Assembly: GCA_021810725.1 (NCBI GenBank)
Contig: JAJZIE010000001.1
Span: 1-48,880, forward strand
DNA length: 48,880 nt
Reading direction: 5' to 3'
Origin: Bacillota bacterium
GTDB taxonomy: Bacteria > Bacillota > Sulfobacillia > JAJZYS01 > JAJYTV01
Each line of letters starts with the position of its first letter. Positions within the stretch are counted from its first letter, which is position 1. Below, piece after piece: positions 31,092 through 40,680 of the stretch. The translations under genes and the position numbers were made by a program. The notes beneath the pieces were generated by a model. It did not search any database. It worked only from the letters and a program-made list of their open reading frames with translations, and was not told the DNA's origin.

Positions 31092-31385
31092 TTGGATCTT
31101 GCGAGGCTGGGCCCGCCGATCTTCTTCTTGCTGCAGCTCGTCACAGCGCAGGTTTTCAGGTTCTATCTGCCGGAACAGCTGACGGTCGGCAACGCTTCGC
31201 AGACCGGGCAGCAAATGTATGTTTCGCGACGCATCGCGATCTGGATCGGCCCAATCGCGGCACTTCTGGTCGGAATGCTGGGTTCCGTGCTCTCCGCGTC
31301 GTACGTCCTGCTGATCGACGCCGCCATCTATGTCGCCATGATCTACCTCTACCTCACCAATCTGCAGGGCCGTCATCGCAGCTGA
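31092..31385 (+). CDS. Small (97 aa) membrane protein, unknown function
   Basis: TTG lies 7 nt after AGAGGAGG. Three hydrophobic segments (PPIFFLLQLV, IAIWIGPIAALLVGMLGSVL, VLLIDAAIYVAMIYLYL). Locally lower GC. Confidence 0.45.
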   Translation: MDLARLGPPIFFLLQLVTAQVFRFYLPEQLTVGNASQTGQQMYVSRRIAIWIGPIAALLVGMLGSVLSASYVLLIDAAIYVAMIYLYLTNLQGRHRS

Positions 31386-31635
31386 TGCCTCGGAACCTGG
31401 AACCACCATCGAGCGCGGCCGCGGCACCAGAAGGCCTTCGGCTGCGTTTGCGCGTCTCTGCGCCAACACCGCTTGCCGTCATCACGGCCGGGCAGGCATA
31501 GGCCTCTGCGCGGCGCAAGGCGTATGTTTGGCCACATCCGGCCTCGCTTTCCGACCCCGTGCGCGCTGCCCGCCGGCGGCCGCAGGAGCGCGAAGCCGAT
31601 TTGCCGAAGCGTGCGCGGAAACCCTGTAGCGCGGA

Positions 31636-32334
31636 GTGGTCAGGCTGAACGTAGAGGCGGTCGTGTTCGATCTCTTCGGGACCCTCGTGCCGAGCTTTTC
31701 CGCGGAGGCTTACGAGCCCTGCCTTGTCGCGATGGCTGACGACCTCGCCGTCCCGCTGGCGTCGTTTCGCCGGGTCTGGAACGGCCAGCTTTGGCAGGAC
31801 CGCGTGCTGGGGCGCTTTGCCGACGCCCAGGAGAGCATCGCCCGTGCCTGCGAGGCCCTGGGTGCCAGGCCGGGTGAAGACGCGGTGGAGCGGGCCCTGG
31901 AGCGTCGGCTCGAATACGAGCGCTCGCTGCTCAGGCCCTTCGATGACGTACTGCCCACCTTCGCGTGGCTGCGCGGGCAGGGACTGCGCATTGGACTCAT
32001 CAGCAATTGCGCCATGGAACTCCTGCCGCTTTGGGAAGAGACCGAGATCGCCCAGGGGCTTGACGCCGCGGTGCTGTCCGCGGCGGTGCACCTGGCGAAG
32101 CCCGACCCGCGCATCTACGAGCTCGCCTGCAGCCGGCTCGAGGTGGCGCCGAGCGGCTGCCTCTACGTGGGCGACGGCAGCGACGACGAACTGCCCGGCG
32201 CCAGGGCGGTCGGGATGCAGGCGGTGCTCATCGCCGCACGCCGAGATCTCGCGGGGCGCCGGCGACAGCCCGACGTGAACTGGGATGGGACCAGGATCGA
32301 GCGCCTCGCCGATCTCAAGCGGCTTCTGGCCTAG
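31636..32334 (+). CDS. HAD-superfamily hydrolase (subfamily IA)
   Basis: VVFDLFGTLV; LISNC; KPDPRIY; YVGDGSDDEL. Confidence 0.75.
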   Translation: MVRLNVEAVVFDLFGTLVPSFSAEAYEPCLVAMADDLAVPLASFRRVWNGQLWQDRVLGRFADAQESIARACEALGARPGEDAVERALERRLEYERSLLRPFDDVLPTFAWLRGQGLRIGLISNCAMELLPLWEETEIAQGLDAAVLSAAVHLAKPDPRIYELACSRLEVAPSGCLYVGDGSDDELPGARAVGMQAVLIAARRDLAGRRRQPDVNWDGTRIERLADLKRLLA

Positions 32335-32346
32335 GCGTCGCGGGAA

Positions 32347-33039
32347 CTATGGAGACGGGTTTTTCGCCACCTCAAGGCTGAGAAGGGCCGTGAGCGAGCG
32401 CAGGCGCCCGTCACGCAGCCCGGGATGGGCATCCCAGGGGTCGTAGAGGTACGCGGCGAGGCCGGCGGCCATGGCGCCTTTCACGTCGATCTCGAGGAGA
32501 TCGCCGACGTAGCAGGCGTCGCCGGCCTCCACCCCCAGACGATCGAGCGCGAGGCGGAAGATCCGTGGGTCCGGCTTCTCGACCCGGACCACATACGAAT
32601 CGACCACCGTCCCGAACATGTCGCGAAGGCCGGCGGCGGCGAGCTGTTCCTCGACGCGCCCGTCGGAGTTCGATACGACCCCGAGCAGGAAGCCGCGCGC
32701 CTGAAGAGTGGCGAGGACGGCCGACGCGTCGGGCGCGGCGCGACGCCACATGCCCTCCCGGGCGCCGAGGTGCTCCGCCTCCACGGCCCGGGCGAACGCC
32801 CGCTGCGCCGCGTCGCCGAGTCCGATCGCTTCGGCGATTGCGCCGAAGTAGCCCTCGAAGAACTCCGTCGGCCTCTTTGGCCGCTCGGGTGCCGGCCAGC
32901 CCTTGCGGGAGACTTCCCCCGTCGCGCGGCCGAGATCGTCCGCCGAGACGCAGGAGCCCAGGCGTTTCGCGAGCGCGGCGAGCCAGGGGTAGTCGAGGTG
33001 GAGGAGCGTGTTGCCGGCGTCGAACAGGATTGCTCGCAT
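32347..33039 (-). CDS. HAD-superfamily hydrolase (subfamily IA)
   Basis: ILFDAGNTLL; VVSNSDG; KPDPRIF; YVGDLLEIDV. ATG at 33039 lies 8 nt after GGGAGG. Confidence 0.75.
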   Translation of the reverse strand: MRAILFDAGNTLLHLDYPWLAALAKRLGSCVSADDLGRATGEVSRKGWPAPERPKRPTEFFEGYFGAIAEAIGLGDAAQRAFARAVEAEHLGAREGMWRRAAPDASAVLATLQARGFLLGVVSNSDGRVEEQLAAAGLRDMFGTVVDSYVVRVEKPDPRIFRLALDRLGVEAGDACYVGDLLEIDVKGAMAAGLAAYLYDPWDAHPGLRDGRLRSLTALLSLEVAKNPSP

Positions 33040-33208
33040 GGTGGAAACCTCCCTGCCGCAGACTGCCGGTCCGCTCTTCCTTCTGCGGCCCGTGGGCGGG
33101 TCTCCTGCCGACTTCGCATGCCGCCAGGCCTGAACGGGTAGCCTCCTCGCAGTGCGGGCCGCACGCGCAACACCACGGAGGCTCGGATGCGGCCAGAGGG
33201 GAGACGGC

Positions 33209-34039
33209 ATGGCGAAGGGCGCCCTTATGCTGATCGGCGGGCACGAGGAGCCGCGCGGCGAGATCCTGCGCTGCTTCAGCGAACTCGTGGGGGGCTCGCG
33301 CGAGATCGCCCTCTGCACCCTGGCGACGGTGGAGCCCCAGGCGGCGTTCAAGCGTTACCGCGAGAGCCTGAGGGACCTCGGCGTCACGGCCGTGCACCAC
33401 CTCGACGCCCGCACGCGCGAGGACTGCAGCGACGAGCGGGGCATCGGCCTGCTCGAGCACGCGGATGGGATCTTCTTTTCCGGCGGCGACCAGCTGCGCA
33501 TCACGAGCGTCCTGGGCGGCACGCCGTACGAGGATGCCTTGCGGCGCGCGCATCTTCGTGGCGCGGTGATCGGTGGAACCTCGGCCGGCGCTTCCGCGAT
33601 GAGTTCGACGATGCTGGTCGGCGGCGAGGACGAGGAGTCCGCCCGGCGCGGCACGGTCACGATGTGCGCGGGCCTCGGCCTCCTGCCGGACGCAGTCGTG
33701 GACCAGCACTTCGCCCAGCGCGGCCGCATCAACCGCCTGCTGGCCGCGCTTGCGCAGAATCCCGGCATCCTCGGCATCGGCATCGACGAGAACACGGCCG
33801 TGCTCGTGCATCCCGGCGAGCGCATGCAGGTCCTGGGCAGCGGCACGGTCACGGTGCTCGACGCCCGCGGCGCGTACGTCGGCGACGCCTCGGAGGCGGC
33901 CGTCGACAGGCCCATGCGGCTTGGCCCCGTCGCGCTCTGGGTGCTGCCCGAACGGTCCACGTTCGATCTCGCCCGACGCGTGTCGACGCATAATCCCGAT
34001 TCCCCGGGGGAACATAGCGAAGCGCCTGCATCGCGCTGA
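33209..34039 (+). CDS. cphB: Cyanophycinase (peptidase S51), intracellular type
   Basis: LMLIGGHEE; GIFFSGGDQLRI; GGTSAGASAM (catalytic Ser); VDQHFAQRGRINRL. No signal peptide. Confidence 0.85.
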   Translation: MAKGALMLIGGHEEPRGEILRCFSELVGGSREIALCTLATVEPQAAFKRYRESLRDLGVTAVHHLDARTREDCSDERGIGLLEHADGIFFSGGDQLRITSVLGGTPYEDALRRAHLRGAVIGGTSAGASAMSSTMLVGGEDEESARRGTVTMCAGLGLLPDAVVDQHFAQRGRINRLLAALAQNPGILGIGIDENTAVLVHPGERMQVLGSGTVTVLDARGAYVGDASEAAVDRPMRLGPVALWVLPERSTFDLARRVSTHNPDSPGEHSEAPASR

Positions 34040-34052
34040 GGAGGAGCCTTTC

Positions 34053-36692
34053 GTGCAGATCCTCGCCTGGCGGTACTTCGAGGGGCCAAACCCGCACTGC
34101 CACAGGCCCATGCTGGAACTGGAACTTGAACTTGGCCGATTGGCCGAACGGACGACGAGGGAATTCTCCGGCTTCACCGACACCCTATTGCGGGATGTGC
34201 CCGGTCTCGGCGACCACCATTGCAGCCTGGGCTATCCCGGCGGCTTCGTGCTCCGCCTGCGGGAAGGTACCCTGCTCGGGCATGTGCTCGAGCATCTGGC
34301 GCTCGAGTTCCTGCATGGCTGCGGGGCCGAGGGCGTCTACGGCAAGACGCGTCAGATCGGGCGCAGCAGCCGCTACCGCGTCGCCTTCGAATCGCCGGAG
34401 GCCGAGGTGGGCCACCTGGCGGCAGAGATCGCGCGGCAGTACATCGCGGCGCTCGTGGCAGGGCAGGCGATCGCACTTGAAGCGGAGCACCGGCGGCTGA
34501 GGGAACTTTACGCCCGGCGTTGCCTGGGTCCAAGCACGGCGGCGCTTGTGCAAGCGGCCCTGCGGCGCGACGTCCCGGTGCGCCGCATCGGCGCCACCAG
34601 CATTCTCGAGTTCGGGCACGGGCAGTACATGCGCCGCGTGCAGGCGACCCTCACCGATCGCAGCTCCGCGGTGGCGGTCGATCTCGCGGGCGACAAGCAG
34701 CTTTGCAAGGACATCCTCGCCGCGCAGGGCATCCCCGTGCCGCGGGGCCACGTCGTCGAAAGCGCCAGGGAGGCGATCGCGGCGCAGGCCGCGCTCGGCT
34801 GCCAGGTGGCTGTCAAACCGCTCGCGGGCAGCCAGGGGCGGGGCGTCACGCTGGGCCTGACCGAACCCGAGGAGATCGAGGCCGCGGTCGCCGTGGCCCA
34901 GGCCGTGATGCCCGAGGTGCTGGTGGAGGAGCAGGTGCAGGGCAGGCAATACCGCCTGCTCGTCGTCGACGGCCAGGTGGTGGCTGCGGCACAGCGCCTG
35001 CAGGCGCAGGTGACCGGGGATGGGCGCAGCAGCGTCCAGGAACTGGTGGCGCAGCTCAATCTCGATCCTCGGCGCGGCAGCGGCCACGAGAAGCCCCTGA
35101 CGAAGGTGCCTCTCGACGCGATCGCCCTGCGCTGCCTGGCCCGCCAGGGTTTCAGCGCCGAGGACGTGCCGCCGCTCGGGCGTACCGTCCTGCTGCGCGA
35201 GGCGGCCAACCTTTCGACAGGTGGCAGCGCCGTGGACGTCACCGACGAGGTGGCGGAGCCGCATCGCCTGCTGGCCGAGCGGGCGGCGCGGGCCATCGGG
35301 CTTGATGTCGCGGGCGTGGACATGGTCGCCGCGGATATCACGGATCCCGCGGGTCCCGCGTGGGTGCTCGAGGTGAACGCCGCCCCAGGCATCCGCATGC
35401 ATCACCACCCGACGCTTGGCGAACCGCGTGATGCGGCGGGAGCGGTGATCGAGTCCCTCTATCCGCCAGGCAGTCCCTCCCGTGTTCCGCTCGTGGCCGT
35501 CACGGGCTCGAACGGCAAGACGACGACGGTCCGACTCGTGAGGCAGATGCTCGAGCAGACCGGCCTCATGGTGGGCTACACCTGCACCGACGGCCACGGC
35601 GTCGCTGACGACTCGCTCGGGCGCGGCGACGATGCGGGCCCGCGCTCGGCCCGCGCGGTGCTGAGGGATCCAAGAGTCCAGGCGGCGGTGCTCGAGGTGG
35701 CGCGAGGTGGCATCGCGCGCGGCGGTCTCGGCTACGACCGCGCCGACGTCGGCTGCATCCTGAACGTGACCGGAGACCACCTCGGCCAGGACGGGGTGGA
35801 GACGATCGAGCAACTGCAGCTCCTCAAGGCCCTCGTGATCGAGGCGGTGCGGCCGCAGGGCCGCGTCGTCCTGAACGCCGACGATCCCGGCACGCCTCGC
35901 CTGCAGCAGCGGGCCGCCGCGCCGGTGATCCTGTTCGCGGCTCGCGCCGACGGCGTCGTGCTGCGCCGCCACGTGGCGGCGGGCGGCGAGGCGGTGGTGG
36001 CCGCCGAGGGGCAGCTCGCGGTCGTGCGCGGCGGCAGGGCGGAGGCGATCCTGCCCATCGCGGAGATCGCCGTGGCCGGCGGCGGAGCCTGGCGCCCGAT
36101 GCTGGAGAACGCGCTGGCCGCGGCGGCCTGCGCCGTGGGACTTGGCCTGCCGCCCGCCGCGATCGCCGCGGCCCTGCGCGCGTTCCGCGGCGACTCCGGC
36201 CAGAACCCTGGCCGACTCAACATCCACGAGATCGGGGATGTGCGCGTCGTGGTGGACTACGGCCACAACGCCGCCGCGCTCTCCGCCGTCGCGCCAGGCC
36301 TCAGAGCGATGACGCGGGGACGTCTCGTCGGGGTCGTCGGCCTGCCCGGCGACCGGCGCGACGAGGACGCGTTGGCCCTTGGCCGCACGGCCGCGGACGC
36401 CTTCGACGTCGTGTACTGCAAGGAGGACCTGGACCGCCGCGGGCGAGCGGTCGGGGAGATGGCCCAGCGGGTCGCGCAAGGCGTGCGCCTGGGCGGCCGC
36501 CGCCCGCACCTCGTGCTCTCTGAGCGCGACGCGTTGCGCACAGCCCTGCGGGAGGCGGAGCCGGGCGACGTGGTGGCGGTGTTCTTCGAGAAGATCGGTC
36601 CCATCCTCGAGGAGATCGAGCTCTGGCGGGCCGGCAACGCGCCTGGCGCCAAGAACGTCGCATCGCTTGCGCGGCGCGGAGGGGCAGGCTAA
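34053..36692 (+). CDS. cphA: Cyanophycin synthetase
   Basis: N-terminal ILAWRYFEGPNPHC...HHCSLGYPGGF...GHVLEHLALE; ATP-grasp central domain; Mur-ligase P-loop VAVTGSNGKTTT. GTG lies 5 nt after GAGGAGGAG. Confidence 0.9.
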   Translation: MQILAWRYFEGPNPHCHRPMLELELELGRLAERTTREFSGFTDTLLRDVPGLGDHHCSLGYPGGFVLRLREGTLLGHVLEHLALEFLHGCGAEGVYGKTRQIGRSSRYRVAFESPEAEVGHLAAEIARQYIAALVAGQAIALEAEHRRLRELYARRCLGPSTAALVQAALRRDVPVRRIGATSILEFGHGQYMRRVQATLTDRSSAVAVDLAGDKQLCKDILAAQGIPVPRGHVVESAREAIAAQAALGCQVAVKPLAGSQGRGVTLGLTEPEEIEAAVAVAQAVMPEVLVEEQVQGRQYRLLVVDGQVVAAAQRLQAQVTGDGRSSVQELVAQLNLDPRRGSGHEKPLTKVPLDAIALRCLARQGFSAEDVPPLGRTVLLREAANLSTGGSAVDVTDEVAEPHRLLAERAARAIGLDVAGVDMVAADITDPAGPAWVLEVNAAPGIRMHHHPTLGEPRDAAGAVIESLYPPGSPSRVPLVAVTGSNGKTTTVRLVRQMLEQTGLMVGYTCTDGHGVADDSLGRGDDAGPRSARAVLRDPRVQAAVLEVARGGIARGGLGYDRADVGCILNVTGDHLGQDGVETIEQLQLLKALVIEAVRPQGRVVLNADDPGTPRLQQRAAAPVILFAARADGVVLRRHVAAGGEAVVAAEGQLAVVRGGRAEAILPIAEIAVAGGGAWRPMLENALAAAACAVGLGLPPAAIAAALRAFRGDSGQNPGRLNIHEIGDVRVVVDYGHNAAALSAVAPGLRAMTRGRLVGVVGLPGDRRDEDALALGRTAADAFDVVYCKEDLDRRGRAVGEMAQRVAQGVRLGGRRPHLVLSERDALRTALREAEPGDVVAVFFEKIGPILEEIELWRAGNAPGAKNVASLARRGGAG

Positions 36693-36707
36693 CCTCAGGG
36701 CGGGGGT

Positions 36708-37529
36708 GTGTCCGTGCGCTTTTTCGCGCCGGCCAAGCTCAACCTGAGCCTGGACCTGGGTCCCGCCCGCCCAGACGGGTACCACGAGATCCGGTCCGTG
36801 ATGCAGGCGGTCTCCCTGGGGGACCGCCTGCACGTCGTGCCCGCCCGGGACCTGCGCGTGGAGAACCCGTCGGTGGCTTCGGGAGATCTCGTGCTGCGCG
36901 CCGCGGAGGTGTTCCGCGCCGCGACCGGCGTACGCCCGGCCGTGGCCGTGACGGTGCAAAAGCGCATCCCGATCGGCGCGGGCCTCGGCGGCGGCTCGAG
37001 CGATGCGGCCTGCATGTTGCGCGCGCTGCGCGAGCTGCTCCTGCCGGACCTCCCGACCGGGCGGCTCCTCGAGATGGCGCGGGAGATCGGCAGCGACGTG
37101 CCCTTCTTTCTTGGCGCGGGCCCCAGGGCGCTGGCCGTCGGACGCGGCGAGATCCTGACGCCCCTGCCGCCTGGCCCGCCGCGCTTCGCGGTGATCGCCT
37201 GGCCCGGCGCCGGCCTCGGCACGCGTGAGGTCTATCAGGCGAGCCAGCCGGGCTCCGGGGATGCCACGGAGCAGGTCCTCGCCGGCGCCGAGCAGGCGCG
37301 CAACGACCTCGCGCCGGCTGCGCTGCGGCTTTGCGAGCCCTTGCGGGAGATGGTCGAGCGGGCGCGACGAGAGGGCGTGCGCTTGCAAGTGACCGGAAGC
37401 GGCAGTGCCGCGTTCGCCCTCTTCGCGGACGGCAAGGCCGCCTGGGACGCGTTCGTCGTTCTGCGGCGCGTCGTACCGCGGGCGATATTCTGCCAGACGC
37501 TCGAGGCCTGGCCGTGGCGTTTGCCCTAG
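36708..37529 (+). CDS. ispE: 4-(cytidine 5'-diphospho)-2-C-methyl-D-erythritol kinase
   Basis: APAKLNLSL; KRIPIGAGLGGGSSDAA. Confidence 0.9.
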   Translation: MSVRFFAPAKLNLSLDLGPARPDGYHEIRSVMQAVSLGDRLHVVPARDLRVENPSVASGDLVLRAAEVFRAATGVRPAVAVTVQKRIPIGAGLGGGSSDAACMLRALRELLLPDLPTGRLLEMAREIGSDVPFFLGAGPRALAVGRGEILTPLPPGPPRFAVIAWPGAGLGTREVYQASQPGSGDATEQVLAGAEQARNDLAPAALRLCEPLREMVERARREGVRLQVTGSGSAAFALFADGKAAWDAFVVLRRVVPRAIFCQTLEAWPWRLP

Positions 37530-37699
37530 CGTGACGGTCGCACCGGACCTGGCGGGACGCGCCAGGATTTGGCCGTGCGGCGGCGAAGGACCGCCGCAGG
37601 TCTGGCCGCGATCCCGCGGCGGCGTTCGGATGCCCACAGGTGGGCAGAGCTAGATGGCGGGGCGTGCGATCGGGAGTCAGGTCCGGGAGGAATGTCCAG

Positions 37700-38470
37700 G
37701 TGGTCGATGTCGTGGTCCTGGCTGGCCGGCGCAACGAGGGAGAGCTCAGATCCATCTCGGATGTCGGGTGGGAGGCGCTCGTGCCGATCGCCGGCAAGCC
37801 CATGGCCGCCTGGGTGATCGAGGCGCTCAAGGCGTCCGGCGTAGCCGAGCGCATCGTGGTGGTCGGCCCCGAGGAGCTGAGAGAACACCTGCGCGAGCAG
37901 GACGCCGTGATCACGCCCTCGGACGACCTGATCGAGAATGTGCGCCGCGGCGCGCACGCCATGAGCCTTGAACACCCGCTCCTGGTCGCGACCTGCGACA
38001 TCCCGATGCTGACGCCGGGCTCGGTCGGCGCGTTCGTGAACGCCGCGGCGCAGAATCCCGCCGAGTTCCACTACCCGGTGGTGCGGCGCGAGGACGTGGA
38101 GCGGCGCTTCCCCGGCAACAAGCGGACCTATGTCCGGCTGAAGGACGGCACCTTCACCGGCGGCAATATCATCCTGCTCGATCCCAAGGCGGCCCCCCGC
38201 GCGATCAATGTCGCGGAAGAACTTGTGGCGCTGCGCAAGAAACCATGGCGTTTGGCTCTTAAAGTGGGCACCTCTTTCATGCTACGATTGCTCCTTGGGC
38301 GGGCGACCGTCGCCGAGGCCGAGGAACGTTTCTCGCGGCTGCTCGGCGTGGTGTCCCGCGCTGTGCCGTTGCCGTATGCGGAGATCGGAGTCGATGTCGA
38401 CCATCCCGGCGACATTCCGTTCTGCGAGAAGGAGCTGCGCAGCACGGAAACGGGGGCGCGAGGTGGCTAG
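37700..38470 (+). CDS. Nucleotidyltransferase-family protein (MobA/NTP_transf_3-like)
   Basis: VVVLAGRRNEG N-terminus; ATCDIPML. GTG at 37700 lies 9 nt after GGGAGG. Confidence 0.6.
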   Translation: MVDVVVLAGRRNEGELRSISDVGWEALVPIAGKPMAAWVIEALKASGVAERIVVVGPEELREHLREQDAVITPSDDLIENVRRGAHAMSLEHPLLVATCDIPMLTPGSVGAFVNAAAQNPAEFHYPVVRREDVERRFPGNKRTYVRLKDGTFTGGNIILLDPKAAPRAINVAEELVALRKKPWRLALKVGTSFMLRLLLGRATVAEAEERFSRLLGVVSRAVPLPYAEIGVDVDHPGDIPFCEKELRSTETGARGG

Positions 38471-39317
38471 GGAAGCGCGATACGCGCGGCTGCGGCGCAT
38501 CATAGAACTGACCCGGCGCATCGCGACGGCGCCGGGGCGCCTCTATTCCCTGGCGGAGCTTTCCGCCGCCACCGGCGCCGCGCGCTCGACCCTATCCGAG
38601 GACATCACCCTGATCGACGACGTGCTGCAGGAGAAGGACCTCGGCGTCGTCGAGACCGTGACGGGTGCCGCCGGCGGCGTACGCTATCGTGTGGGCTTCT
38701 CGCCGCAGCAGGCCGAAGACCTCGCGCAGGCGCTCGCGGTCGAACTGTCGGATCCGGAGCGGATCATTCCGGGTGGCTTCCTCTACATGACGGATGTCAT
38801 CTTTTCACCCCACTGGTCCGATCGCATCGGTGCCCTCTTCGCGGGGCGGTTCCAGGCGCAGGCTCCGGACATGGTCCTGACCATGGAGACGAAGGGCATC
38901 CCGCTGGCCTTGATGACGGCGCGCTCCCTGGGCGTTCCGCTCGCGGTGGCCAGGCGCGAGAGCCGCGTCACCGAGGGACCTGCGATCTCCCTCAACTACG
39001 TCTCCTCCTCCGGTCGCATCGGCACCATGTCGCTGCCGCGGCGCGCCCTGCCGGCCGGGAGCAGGGTGCTCGTGGTGGATGACTTCCTCAAGGGCGGCAG
39101 CACGGTGCGCGGACTCGTGGACCTGTGCCAGGAACTGGGGGCCGCCTGCGTCGGCATCGCCTCGCTCTGCGAGACGCCCGCGGAGGACAAGTACCTGCCC
39201 GCGCCGCAATTCAGCGTCTTGCGGCTCGACGCGGTGGATGAGCATCTGAGGCGGGTGCAGATGGGACCGTCGGATTCCTTCCAGCTTTATCTCGAGGAGG
39301 CACGTCATCATGCCTGA
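38463..39317 (+). CDS. purR: Pur operon repressor (PurR, PRT family)
   Basis: N-terminal wHTH RLRRIIELTRRI...LSEDITLI; PRT motif VLVVDDFLKGGST. Position before glmU matches Bacillus. Confidence 0.85.
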   Translation: MAREARYARLRRIIELTRRIATAPGRLYSLAELSAATGAARSTLSEDITLIDDVLQEKDLGVVETVTGAAGGVRYRVGFSPQQAEDLAQALAVELSDPERIIPGGFLYMTDVIFSPHWSDRIGALFAGRFQAQAPDMVLTMETKGIPLALMTARSLGVPLAVARRESRVTEGPAISLNYVSSSGRIGTMSLPRRALPAGSRVLVVDDFLKGGSTVRGLVDLCQELGAACVGIASLCETPAEDKYLPAPQFSVLRLDAVDEHLRRVQMGPSDSFQLYLEEARHHA

Positions 39318-40674
39318 GGGGATTCGACCCGTCGTCCTGGCAGCCGGCAAGGGCACGCGGATGCGCTCCGAGCTGCCCAAGGCCCTGCATCGCCTGGCCG
39401 GCCGGCCGCTGCTCGGTCACGTGCTCGCGGCGATCGAGGCCGCGGGTCTGCCGAAGGCGCTCTGCGTCGTCGGATATGGCGGCGAACTCGTCGAGGAGTA
39501 TTTGGCCGAGCAAGCCGACACCGTCTGGCAGAAGGAACAGCTCGGCACGGGGGACGCGGTGCGCACCGCTCTTGCGGCGATCGGCGACGACGCGGGCTGG
39601 GTGCTCGTGGTCAACGGAGACCTGCCCCTCTTGCGCGGCGAGACCCTGAGGGCCCTCGTCGCGGAACGGGGACCCATGGGCAGCCTCCTCGTGGCCGAGG
39701 TCGCGGATCCGAGCGGCTTCGGGCGGATCGAGCGGAGCGAGCAGGGCGGCCTTCGCCGCATCGTCGAGGATGCGGACTGCAGCGACAGCGAGCGGGCCAT
39801 CCGCGAGGTGAACGTCGGAGCCTATCTCCTGCCGCTCGCCCCTCTGCGCGAGGCGATTGCGCGGGTCGGCACGGCGAACGCGCAGGGTGAGCTCTATTTT
39901 GTCGACGCCGTGACGGATCTCGCCGCGCGGGGCCTGCTCTCGGTGGTCGCGGTCAGCGCGGCCGACGCGGCGCAGGTCAACGACCGCCGCGAGCTCGCCC
40001 TGGCGGAAGCGGCCCTGCGCCGCCGCCAGGTGGAACGGCTGATGGACGCGGGCGTCACCGTGCTCGACCCCTCGACGACCTATGTCGACGCGACGGTGGC
40101 GGTCGGGCGCGATACCATCCTGCATCCCTTCACGTTCCTCGAGGGCGAGACCAGGGTAGGCGAGGGCTGCGAGGTCGGGCCGCAGACGCGGCTCCTAGAC
40201 TCCGTGCTCGGCGACGCCTGCAAGGTCAGCTTCTCCGTGCTTGAGGAAACCGAGCTTGGCGACGGCACCTCGTGCGGTCCGTTCACGCATCTTCGTCCGG
40301 GGACGCGGACAGGCAGGCAGGTGTCGATCGGGAATTTTGTCGAAATGAAGGGCGTCGAGGTCGGCGACCAGACCAAGGTGCGCCACCACAGCTACCTCGG
40401 CAACGCGGCCATCGGCCGGCGGGTCAACATCGGAGCCGGTACGGTGATCGTCAACTACGACGGGCGCCGCAAGCACTTCACGCGCATCAGCGACGGAGCG
40501 TTCATCGGCTGCAATGCGAATCTGATCTCCCCCGTGGAGATCGGCCGCGAAGGTTATGTCGCCGCCGGATCGACCATCACCCAGAATGTGCCGGACGAGG
40601 CCCTCGCGGTGGCGCGCGAACGCCAACGCAACATCGAGGGTTGGGTCGCCCGGCGTCGAGCACGGGAGGAGTAG
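39310..40674 (+). CDS. glmU: Bifunctional UDP-N-acetylglucosamine pyrophosphorylase / GlcN-1-P N-acetyltransferase
   Basis: VVLAAGKGTRM; hexapeptide-repeat C-terminus. Confidence 0.92.
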   Translation: MPEGIRPVVLAAGKGTRMRSELPKALHRLAGRPLLGHVLAAIEAAGLPKALCVVGYGGELVEEYLAEQADTVWQKEQLGTGDAVRTALAAIGDDAGWVLVVNGDLPLLRGETLRALVAERGPMGSLLVAEVADPSGFGRIERSEQGGLRRIVEDADCSDSERAIREVNVGAYLLPLAPLREAIARVGTANAQGELYFVDAVTDLAARGLLSVVAVSAADAAQVNDRRELALAEAALRRRQVERLMDAGVTVLDPSTTYVDATVAVGRDTILHPFTFLEGETRVGEGCEVGPQTRLLDSVLGDACKVSFSVLEETELGDGTSCGPFTHLRPGTRTGRQVSIGNFVEMKGVEVGDQTKVRHHSYLGNAAIGRRVNIGAGTVIVNYDGRRKHFTRISDGAFIGCNANLISPVEIGREGYVAAGSTITQNVPDEALAVARERQRNIEGWVARRRAREE

Positions 40675-40680
40675 GGCGCA

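Noticed and set aside
31354-32091. 245-aa minus-strand ORF antisense to the plus-strand HAD hydrolase
   Set aside because: No motifs and no SD. The plus strand carries all four HAD motifs.
32411-34183. 590-aa minus-strand ORF and 32425..33141 plus-strand ORF across the HAD/cyanophycinase region
   Set aside because: Low-complexity translations. The recognised genes (HAD hydrolase on the minus strand in another frame, cphB on the plus strand) explain the region.
34185-37637. 1150-aa minus-strand ORF antisense to cphA and ispE
   Set aside because: Same high-GC artefact. The opposite strand encodes full-length, motif-bearing CphA and IspE.
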